From assembly GCA_050011435.1 (NCBI GenBank), contig JBEKJC010000001.1:85556-149555 (forward strand): DNA of 64,000 bases. The letters are read 5' to 3'. The DNA is from Candidatus Binataceae bacterium (GTDB taxonomy: Bacteria > Desulfobacterota > Binatia > Binatales > Binataceae). Under the pieces are notes generated by a model. It saw only the letters and a program-made list of their open reading frames with translations. It was not told the origin of the DNA and made no database searches. The position numbers and the translations under genes are program-made. Below, one piece after another: positions 1 to 7,682 of the stretch; the first letter of the stretch is position 1, and each line of letters begins with the position of its first letter.

Positions 1-596
1 TAGGGTCCGCGTATAGCCAGTTCGAAACCACGGACGAGCCGGTCGATTTGATCTGAGAATCCTCCGCCGGGGATACGCTTCACGATGAGTTCGATACGAT
101 CCGGGCTGCCCGGTGAACTGGCTATTGAATAGCAGCGCCAATGTCCCGGCTGTCCCGGTGCTTCAACCTCGATATATTGACCCGGATAGAACGTGATTGG
201 AGTAGTCAATTCAAGCTGGAGTCGCCATAACGATTCGTTCAACCGATCGACCGACGCGAGCTTCGCGATGTGATCTTGAGGAGTGATGATAGCGGCGTCG
301 TCCCGATTCGAACTGTCCTGATCGCGGATTACAAGATCGGACAACGCTCGCGCCTGGCATAGCAGCGCCCATCCTTCGTCCTTTTCATTGTCGGTCAGGC
401 AGTAGGGTGAGGTCTTGCCGAAATCGACCTCGCCGTCAATCAAGAAATATTTGCAACTGGAGCAGCGCCCGTTGCGGCATCCGTACTGAAGCAGGATGCG
501 CTGGCGCAGGGCGCAATTGAGGACGGAATCGTCCGCATCGAGAGAAAATTCCCGGCCGCTGGGCTCGAGCCGAGCCTTGAACGTCTTAACGGCCAC
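1..596 (-). CDS. Soluble diiron monooxygenase reductase component (MmoC-like), N-terminal part; the gene runs off the window
   Basis: Own translation of the minus strand from a GTG at 596: VAVKTFKARLEPSGREFSLDADDSVLNCALRQRILLQYGCRNGRCSSCKYFLIDG...LLCQA...RCYSIASSPG. This gives a plant-type 2Fe-2S ferredoxin motif C-x4-C-x2-C...C, then an RxYS FAD-binding motif. Lies 11 bp downstream of the coupling-protein gene. Confidence 0.75.
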   Translation of the reverse strand, partial: MAVKTFKARLEPSGREFSLDADDSVLNCALRQRILLQYGCRNGRCSSCKYFLIDGEVDFGKTSPYCLTDNEKDEGWALLCQARALSDLVIRDQDSSNRDDAAIITPQDHIAKLASVDRLNESLWRLQLELTTPITFYPGQYIEVEAPGQPGHWRCYSIASSPGSPDRIELIVKRIPGGGFSDQIDRLVRGFELAIRGP

Positions 597-607
597 GTGG
601 CTGCGAC

Positions 608-937
608 TCAGATGGTTGACGGTTCGAGTTCCAGCATCTGAGAGGTGATTCGAAACACGTTCTCTTCGATGTCCACCCGACCGACATAAGTCGTCATTAT
701 GGTCAGCCACTGACCGAGATCGATCTCGCGTCCCAATTCTTCTCCGACGCGCGCGAGATCGACGACGAGTTCATCCTGCGCGCCGATTTGCCAAAACGTA
801 CCGTGGTCCTCGATCTTCGCGTCCGGCTGATCGCGGCGAATCACGCTGATCGTCGCATCCGCCTCGTCACCTTTCATGAGCACTACGAGGACGGATCGGC
901 CTTTGGCCTTGGGATCTTGAGCGCCCATCGAATTCAC
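608..937 (-). CDS. Monooxygenase coupling/effector protein (MmoB-like)
   Basis: 109 aa ORF. Size and position between the beta subunit and the reductase fit an SDIMO regulatory protein. Overlaps the beta gene by 4 nt. Confidence 0.65.
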   Translation of the reverse strand: MNSMGAQDPKAKGRSVLVVLMKGDEADATISVIRRDQPDAKIEDHGTFWQIGAQDELVVDLARVGEELGREIDLGQWLTIMTTYVGRVDIEENVFRITSQMLELEPSTI

Positions 938-1965
938 CCATTACCATTACGGCCAATGCCGAGGTCGTCCAAAATTTTCGCTTGCGTGCCGCATGCGACG
1001 GCAAGGTCTTCATCGATCGACCGGGAGCGGGAAGGCACGCGATTATAGACGGGGGCGAAGGCTATGGCCGCGGCGCTCGCCAGTGGAGTCCAACGCTCAA
1101 TCCAACTCCGAATGACCATTCGATTATTCTCGGCCGCGGGCAGGTCCGGCGCCGTCGTCATCCGCACCAGTTCCTCCGTCCAGGCCTGATTGCGCCGCCG
1201 ATCGCGCTCGGTTGTGAGTATGATCATCGGTGTAGTCGGGTCGCCATGAGCCGGCCCGTGATGGCGGATCAGGCGGCTGACTCCAACCTCGGTCGCGATC
1301 GGATCGATAACCAGATTTACGGCGAAAGCGATCTCGGCCCAGTCATCGGTCGCCATCAGCGTTTCAACCAACCGGCGCAGCGGCTGGTAAACCGGATCGC
1401 CGAGCCAATGATCCTTGCTCGCATGATCCTTGAAACCTTCGACCCGCGCTTCGAGTTCCATCAGGTAGAGCACGGTCGATTGCGCGTGCCTGATGCGATC
1501 GACGGCCTCGAAACAAAGCGCGTTACCGAGCGTATCGGAAAGTGCTTCGCGTTGCGCACGTGAAAAGGCGCGGAAAAGCCCATACTCGAAGAATGACCAT
1601 ACCCGGTAGTGGATGCCGATGATTTCGTTGAGCCACACCGGATGGAACTCACTCAAGATGCCCGCGATGCCGGCGTCTTCGACGTTCCGTTCGATCGATC
1701 GCTCCTGCTCGGCCTGCAGCTTCACGTAGTAACGCTGCCACAGCCCGGATGGGTCGCGGAAATCAAACCAGTGCGGGTGCTGCAGGCGGGTCGATTCGGG
1801 GCGCCAGGCTGCGCGCCCCTCGGCGGACAGCAGGTACCAGCCCTGACGATCGAAAACGTTGGGGTCGGGCTGCGTATAGCAACTGACCGCCTCATATTCG
1901 GAAAGCCGGCGCTTGCGCGGCTTTATATAGTTAAAATCGCGGGGGGTCTGAGCAATCTCATTCAT
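934..1965 (-). CDS. Soluble diiron monooxygenase hydroxylase beta subunit (MmoY-like)
   Basis: 343 aa ORF directly downstream of the alpha subunit; the alpha stop and beta start overlap by 1 nt. The size and aromatic-rich helical composition are typical of the SDIMO beta subunit. Confidence 0.7.
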   Translation of the reverse strand: MNEIAQTPRDFNYIKPRKRRLSEYEAVSCYTQPDPNVFDRQGWYLLSAEGRAAWRPESTRLQHPHWFDFRDPSGLWQRYYVKLQAEQERSIERNVEDAGIAGILSEFHPVWLNEIIGIHYRVWSFFEYGLFRAFSRAQREALSDTLGNALCFEAVDRIRHAQSTVLYLMELEARVEGFKDHASKDHWLGDPVYQPLRRLVETLMATDDWAEIAFAVNLVIDPIATEVGVSRLIRHHGPAHGDPTTPMIILTTERDRRRNQAWTEELVRMTTAPDLPAAENNRMVIRSWIERWTPLASAAAIAFAPVYNRVPSRSRSIDEDLAVACGTQAKILDDLGIGRNGNG

Positions 1966-3470
1966 TACTGATTCCTCAACGGATCGCGAATCTCATAACG
2001 CGCGGCTCGGATGTCATCGATCGTCCACATCCGCTCCTCGTTGAGCCACGGTTGCGCGATCAGGGTCTTGCCGTCGGCTCTGAGTAATCCGTTTTCGACG
2101 ATGAAATCCGCGAGGTCGTAGCCGTCGAACAGTTCGTAAAAGGAGGTATAGCCGAGATACCTCTGCGGCTCCTGATCGAAGAACAATTCACAGGAGGCCG
2201 AGCAAAACGCATGGCGCTTTCCGGCGAACTCTTTAATCCGGCAGGTTGAGATGTCGATGCGCGGGAATACGCACGGCATCTGGCACACCCGGCAGAGCGG
2301 CGGCAGGTTCGCGAACAAGGAAAGCGACAACTCACCATTGCGCGGATCGCATCGGCGCTGGTATTCGTCCCAGAACTTTCCGTAATAGCCATGCCAGCCG
2401 GGATATTTGCGCTCGAACCAGTCCATATCCTTGGCCGTCATCGGATCGAACCGCCAGAACTGGAGCGGCCAGGCGCCAAATGCGACCATCGCAGCGGTAT
2501 GACCCAGCCACGGAACACGTTCGCGCGCCGCCGCATAACCGCTCGGAACCTTGAGCCCGAACGGCGCCAGGCGTTCGATATACGAACCGATCCAATCCAC
2601 ATCGATCCATTCCCGCCATTTCTCGTGGTAACAGGTGGTGCGGTTGGTTTGAAAATAATCCCAGACCGCCGCAACGAATGGATCGATGAAGGCGTGCTGG
2701 CGCCAGAAGGCGCGGTCGAAATCAAGCTGGAGTGCGGGCAGATTGTCGGGATTCGAAACCACTGCGGCCAGTGTCGAATAGCCATTAGCCATGTGCCGCG
2801 ACTCGTCGGACTGAATACTCAGAAAAACCGAGGGAGTTACCTGGTCGCCATTTGAAGCGGCGATTTCGGTCAGCGCGACGAAGATCGGATTGGTATATGC
2901 AGTCTCGGCGACGACTTGCAGGTTGAGGGCGCCTTCAATCGGATCGCCCATGAAAAAGGCTTCGAAGGCGGCGCGGCCGGCGCGATTGAACAGATTGGTG
3001 CCGCGCAGCTTGAAGCCCTGCGCGAAGCCTTCCGGGTCGGCGGCGTGTTTGGCGAAGTAGCGCGCCAGGTAAGCTTCCTGATGGGTGTGCCGCACCTCGT
3101 CGAGCATTTGCGCCAGATAACCCTGGCGGAGTTCCGCATTGGCGATAGTTTCGATGAGCTGCCCAGTGGATTTCATCGCGGCATACTCACCGAAATTGAG
3201 GATCGGCAGCACCGCCTTCATGATTTCCATCCAGCGAGGCTCAGCCCTGGACGAAGCCTGTCCGCGTGCGAGCGCGTCCTCCATCGAGCCGTACTGGCGA
3301 TTATCCTTTTCCTCTTCCATCGATAAGTAATCGCGCACGAGGTGACGGAACGGATCTTTGGTCTTGGCGGGTATCTTATATTTCGTCGGGTACCAATTGG
3401 GCTTTTCAACGTAGGAGGGTTCCCAGTCAAAATCTTTCACTCGGTTGTGAGCTTCGGTCAGGTTTCGCAT
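1965..3470 (-). CDS. Soluble diiron monooxygenase hydroxylase alpha subunit (sMMO MmoX-like)
   Basis: Diiron ligand motifs LDEVRHTHQ and SIQSDESRHMANGY are present. There is long collinear similarity to MmoX: NGYLAQ.LDE.RHTHQ, FLSI..DE.RHMANGY, DGKTLIAQP and W(T)(I/L)DDI near the C-terminus. Start reassigned to the internal ATG at 3470, beginning MRNLTEAHNRVKDFDW, because that N-terminus aligns with the MmoX N-terminus. The 31-codon upstream extension is probably untranslated; a GGGGA ribosome-binding site lies 9 nt before 3470. Confidence 0.9.
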   Translation of the reverse strand: MRNLTEAHNRVKDFDWEPSYVEKPNWYPTKYKIPAKTKDPFRHLVRDYLSMEEEKDNRQYGSMEDALARGQASSRAEPRWMEIMKAVLPILNFGEYAAMKSTGQLIETIANAELRQGYLAQMLDEVRHTHQEAYLARYFAKHAADPEGFAQGFKLRGTNLFNRAGRAAFEAFFMGDPIEGALNLQVVAETAYTNPIFVALTEIAASNGDQVTPSVFLSIQSDESRHMANGYSTLAAVVSNPDNLPALQLDFDRAFWRQHAFIDPFVAAVWDYFQTNRTTCYHEKWREWIDVDWIGSYIERLAPFGLKVPSGYAAARERVPWLGHTAAMVAFGAWPLQFWRFDPMTAKDMDWFERKYPGWHGYYGKFWDEYQRRCDPRNGELSLSLFANLPPLCRVCQMPCVFPRIDISTCRIKEFAGKRHAFCSASCELFFDQEPQRYLGYTSFYELFDGYDLADFIVENGLLRADGKTLIAQPWLNEERMWTIDDIRAARYEIRDPLRNQ

Positions 3471-3648
3471 TGCGTTTTTCCCCGAGTTCGATGATTTAAT
3501 TCGTAAGACGAGCCACGGTGTAGCTCCAGATGAGCATATCGGCAAAGGCTGTCGCGATGTCAATCGAGGCCGCCTCGTGGGCAGGCCTCGGCAATGAAAC
3601 GTTGTTTGCCGGACCAGTCTGGCGCTTCGAGCAGAATTGCACGGCTGA

Positions 3649-4527
3649 CTAATCGGCGTGCGGCATCCCCCAGTTCCATCCGTCGTAGCCGGGCGCGTAG
3701 TCGATATTGCTCTGCGACGGATTGCGATTTACCAGCGGCCGCAGATAGATCGGATGTTTCATGCTGCGCACTTCGTGCTCGATTGTGTACAACACCTTGC
3801 CGGTCTCGGGGTCGACCAGGTCCTTGAAGCGGTATTGATGCTGGTCGCTCTCTTCGAAAATCAGGCCGCGCTTCAGCAACTTGCGATACGGACCGGAAAA
3901 GTCCGCAACATAGACCTGGACGTGATGGCCATCGTAGGGCGGCAGCGGACGATCGGTCTCGCGGAACAGCAGGTGCTGTCCGACGCCGACCGACACGCGG
4001 GCGTGCCGTCCTCGATCGTCTTCAACGACCTCCGCGGGCGTCGCGATGATCTCCCGATAGAAGCGGACGATGCCATCGGCGGTTCCGGCGGGTACGTCGA
4101 ACTCCACGTAGGGAATTCCCAGCGTGATCGGGCCGAAGCGTTGGCTCGGCTCGTAGCAGCGGATGCGGTTGCCCCAGGGGCAGGTCGTGTCGACAAAGCC
4201 CTCGTGCTCCTCGAAGGCGAAGCGGGTGTCTCCGAGATACTTGCGCACCTTGGTCAGGCGCCGCACGAGCGCTTCCCGATCCGGCATCACGACGCCGACG
4301 TGGCCGCGCAGCACCTGCGCCTTGTTGCCCGGGAGGTGGAACTGACAGCGGCCCACGTTGATCCACATGTTCTGGGTGCCGGTCATCAGGAAGGGATCGC
4401 GCGTCAAGCCGAGGCCGGTGACGTAGAACACTGTCGCGACCTGCTGATCGGGGACCGTGACGTTGACATGCTCGAGCGCGACGACATTGCCGAGATCCTC
4501 GGCAGCGCGGTCGAATTTGCTTTCCAT
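3649..4527 (-). CDS. VOC (glyoxalase/extradiol dioxygenase-like) family protein
   Basis: 292 aa with a two-module beta-alpha-beta-beta-beta-like composition (HVNVTVPD...). Assignment is tentative. Confidence 0.45.
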   Translation of the reverse strand: MESKFDRAAEDLGNVVALEHVNVTVPDQQVATVFYVTGLGLTRDPFLMTGTQNMWINVGRCQFHLPGNKAQVLRGHVGVVMPDREALVRRLTKVRKYLGDTRFAFEEHEGFVDTTCPWGNRIRCYEPSQRFGPITLGIPYVEFDVPAGTADGIVRFYREIIATPAEVVEDDRGRHARVSVGVGQHLLFRETDRPLPPYDGHHVQVYVADFSGPYRKLLKRGLIFEESDQHQYRFKDLVDPETGKVLYTIEHEVRSMKHPIYLRPLVNRNPSQSNIDYAPGYDGWNWGMPHAD

Positions 4528-4651
4528 AAGCGCCTTCCAATCCGGTTTATTTCAGTTGGTAAAATTGTACCGAGTGAGTATGCGATCGTCCGGGCCGAAA
4601 ACTCAGAAGCAACCCGCTGCATGTCCAGCGCACGAACCCGCCGGATTCGAA

Positions 4652-5869
4652 CTAATCAGATTCGGCGGCGATCATCCCAGGCTCGTGCAAGGCCAGGCTT
4701 ACGGCGCAACCCAACACGGGCACCAACGACAGCAAAAACATCGTCATACCCAGTCCATAATGATCGGCGATCGAACCAAACAGCGGCATCATCAGTCCAC
4801 CAATCGTCATTGAAAGGCCAAGCGTCACGCCGGCGGCCAGTCCCACTCGATTCGGCAGATATTCCTGAGCCATAACTACCACTACGCTGGTGGCGGCCGC
4901 CAGCGCGATACCTACGGGGACGAGGAGAATGCCGGCGGCCGTCAAGCCGTGAACACTCAGGAACGTGAGCATTAGCGGCGCCAGCGCTCCAAGCGATACT
5001 ACGATAACGATTTTGCGTCCGTAACGATCGGCCAGCCGCCCGCCGATTAACGTACCCACGGTCACCGCGACCAACAGCGTAGTTAGAGCGAGACCGCCGC
5101 CGGTCCTGGTTCCACCCAGGACGTGGGACCAGTAGAGCGGGATGAAGGTATTGAGTCCGAAGAAAACCATCGAGCGGAGCACCACCACGACCGTCAGCAG
5201 AATGAAATCGTTCCACTGTTCCGCACTATCAATCTGAGCGTGCGCGCGGGCTCCCACCAACAGGGAAGCATGTGCGGCAGCGAGGCGGGGTAACTGGTGG
5301 GTTAGCGCGACTGCCATAATCAAAACCGGCAGAGCGAGCACAATCGCGCCGCGAACACCGAAGGCAATCACGATTGGCGTGATCAGCAGCGGGCCAAGCG
5401 CAAACCCAGCCATCCCGCCGACCGTAAAGAGACTCATCGTGGTCGCTTGTCGCGAGCCGCTCAAATATCTGACGCGGCGCGCGGCCTCCGGATGAAACGC
5501 GGAGATACCCAGCCCGCTCAGCGCGATCGCCGCGAAGATCAGGCCATAGCTCGGCGCCATTCCCGCGAGCGCGACGCCAATGCCGGCGAAACTCAGACCC
5601 ACCGGAATCAGCCACGGCGATGGGCGCCGGTCGGCGAGCAGACCGAACAGCGGTTGGACCACAGACGAAGAAAGCGTCTGCGCCAGGATCAAACCCGCGG
5701 CCGCGGCGTAGGTGAGGTGATTGGCCGCGATGAAAAACGGCAGCATCGCAGGTACGACGCCTTGATTGAGATCGTCGGTCAGATGCGCGGCGGAAAGCAG
5801 GGCGATCGATTTGTAGTCGATTAGTTCGGCTTGCGGGGAATCAACCGAGATCTGTGCGAGTGCTCTCAT
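4652..5869 (-). CDS. MFS transporter
   Basis: 405 aa with about 12 hydrophobic segments and G-rich loop motifs typical of the major facilitator superfamily. Confidence 0.7.
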   Translation of the reverse strand: MRALAQISVDSPQAELIDYKSIALLSAAHLTDDLNQGVVPAMLPFFIAANHLTYAAAAGLILAQTLSSSVVQPLFGLLADRRPSPWLIPVGLSFAGIGVALAGMAPSYGLIFAAIALSGLGISAFHPEAARRVRYLSGSRQATTMSLFTVGGMAGFALGPLLITPIVIAFGVRGAIVLALPVLIMAVALTHQLPRLAAAHASLLVGARAHAQIDSAEQWNDFILLTVVVVLRSMVFFGLNTFIPLYWSHVLGGTRTGGGLALTTLLVAVTVGTLIGGRLADRYGRKIVIVVSLGALAPLMLTFLSVHGLTAAGILLVPVGIALAAATSVVVVMAQEYLPNRVGLAAGVTLGLSMTIGGLMMPLFGSIADHYGLGMTMFLLSLVPVLGCAVSLALHEPGMIAAESD

Positions 5870-5942
5870 AAGACGCTTCCCTCGAAAGAGCAGACTCTAA
5901 TGCGGCAGGCGCGGCGCGGTCTACAGCGGAAAGTGAAATCGG

Positions 5943-7682
5943 CTATGCGGAATCCACGAGGATAACGACTGAGTCGGGCGGCAACTCGATCGCGGCAGAA
6001 TCGATCGCGATGCCGGCGTCGGACGTCATCGCAATACGGCGCGGCGCGCTCGACGCGAGCGGAATCGATTGCGTCGCCGATGCGAGATTGCAGGCGACCG
6101 TCACCCGTCCGCGCGCGATCGTCAGCCAGCGCGCGTCCTCGTCGAACGCGACGTTTACCAGGTCCATGCGGCCATCGCGCAATTCCGGCATCTGCCCGCG
6201 CAAGCGAATGAGATCGCGATGCCATGCGAAGATCGCGCGGTGCGGCTCGCGCTCGAGTTCGGTCCATTCGAGCTTCGACCGCATAAAGGTCTCGCGCGCC
6301 TGCGGGTCGGGAATTTTAGCGGGATCCCAGCCGAAAGCCGCGAATTCGCGCTTGCGCCCCTCGCTGACCGCGCGCGCCAGTTCCGGCTCTTGATGTCCGG
6401 TGAAATAGAGAAACGGCGTCGACGCCGCCCATTCCTCGCCGTGAAAAAGCATCGGCACAAACGGCGAAGTGAGTATCAGCGCGGCGGCAATCTTGAGTCG
6501 CCCGGCGTTCATCAGATGCGCGCTGCGGTCGCCCGTCGCGCGATTGCCAACCTGGTCGTGGGTCTGCGCGTAGCCGAGGAACTTGTGTCCCGATAGACCG
6601 GTCGGCGCGCGCCCATGCCGCCGGCCGCGAAATGTCGAGTAGCGGCCATCGTAAACCCACGCCCGCCGCAGCGCCTTGGCGAGATCGGCGAGCGATCCGA
6701 AGTCCGCGTAATAGCCAGTGCGCTCGCCGGTCAGAACGGTGTGCAGCGCGTGATGGAAATCGTCGCTCCACTGCGCGTTGATGCCGTAGCCGCCGAGGTC
6801 GGTCGGTCTTACTATTCTGGGATCGTTCAGATCGCTTTCCGCGATCAAAACGAGTTGCCGCCCGAGTTCCCGCCCGAGGCTGCCGACTTCGTCCGCGAGC
6901 TGTTCGAGGATGTGGGTCGCCGAGGTGTCAACCATCGCATGCACCGCGTCGAGGCGCACTCCGTCGCAATGATAATCGCGCATCCACATGAGAGCGTTGT
7001 CGCAGAACAGCCGCCGCACTTCGTCGCTGCCGCGATCGTCGAAGTTGATGGCGTCGCCCCACGGCGTCGCGTAGCGATGAGTCAGGTACGGACCGAAGCG
7101 CGGTAAATAATTTCCCGACGGGCCGAGGTGGTTGTAAACCACGTCGATCAGCACCGCGAGGCCGCGCGCGTGGCACCCATCGACCAGCCGTTTCAAACCG
7201 TCCGGACCGCCATACCCGCGATGCGGCGCAAAGATCTCGACGGCATCGTAGCCCCATCCGCGATCGCCCGAGAATTCGGCCACCGGCATCAACTGAACGT
7301 GCGTCACGCCAAGGTCGGTCAGATGGGCGAGTCGCTCGATCGCGGCATCGAAAGTCCCGGCGGTCGTGAAGGTGCCGACGTGAAGTTCGTAGATGATTGC
7401 CGATTCGAGCGCGGGTGAGTTCCAGTTCGCGTCGGTCCAATTGAAGGCCGCATGATCGACGATGCGCGAACGGCCGTGTACGCCGTATGGCTGCGACTGC
7501 GATCGCGGATCCGGTAGCGGAGGGTCCGCGCCGTCAGCCACAAAAGCGTAATCCGCGCCGGGCGTCGCGCGCGCAGTCGCGATCGTCCACCAGCCGTTGT
7601 CGGCGCGCGTCATCGCGATGCGATCGCCGGCAATCTCGAGTTGAACAGCGCGCGCTGCCGGCGCCCACACGCGCAGAATCAT
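5943..7682 (-). CDS. treZ: Malto-oligosyltrehalose trehalohydrolase
   Basis: 579 aa GH13 enzyme with LMPVAEF, GYD and GVRLDAVHA catalytic-region motifs. Overlaps treY by 4 nt. Confidence 0.85.
   Translation of the reverse strand: MILRVWAPAARAVQLEIAGDRIAMTRADNGWWTIATARATPGADYAFVADGADPPLPDPRSQSQPYGVHGRSRIVDHAAFNWTDANWNSPALESAIIYELHVGTFTTAGTFDAAIERLAHLTDLGVTHVQLMPVAEFSGDRGWGYDAVEIFAPHRGYGGPDGLKRLVDGCHARGLAVLIDVVYNHLGPSGNYLPRFGPYLTHRYATPWGDAINFDDRGSDEVRRLFCDNALMWMRDYHCDGVRLDAVHAMVDTSATHILEQLADEVGSLGRELGRQLVLIAESDLNDPRIVRPTDLGGYGINAQWSDDFHHALHTVLTGERTGYYADFGSLADLAKALRRAWVYDGRYSTFRGRRHGRAPTGLSGHKFLGYAQTHDQVGNRATGDRSAHLMNAGRLKIAAALILTSPFVPMLFHGEEWAASTPFLYFTGHQEPELARAVSEGRKREFAAFGWDPAKIPDPQARETFMRSKLEWTELEREPHRAIFAWHRDLIRLRGQMPELRDGRMDLVNVAFDEDARWLTIARGRVTVACNLASATQSIPLASSAPRRIAMTSDAGIAIDSAAIELPPDSVVILVDSA

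Noticed and set aside
3470-3660. Sigma-54 promoter upstream of the sMMO-like alpha gene, expected by analogy with mmoX promoters
   Set aside because: No GG-N10-GC motif with correct spacing was found on the minus strand upstream of 3470 or 3563. The regulation is therefore unknown.
3658-4875. Long plus-strand ORF (405 aa) antisense to the VOC and MFS genes
   Set aside because: It overlaps two well-supported minus-strand genes and has an Arg/Ala/Gly-rich low-complexity translation, typical of off-frame ORFs in high-GC DNA.
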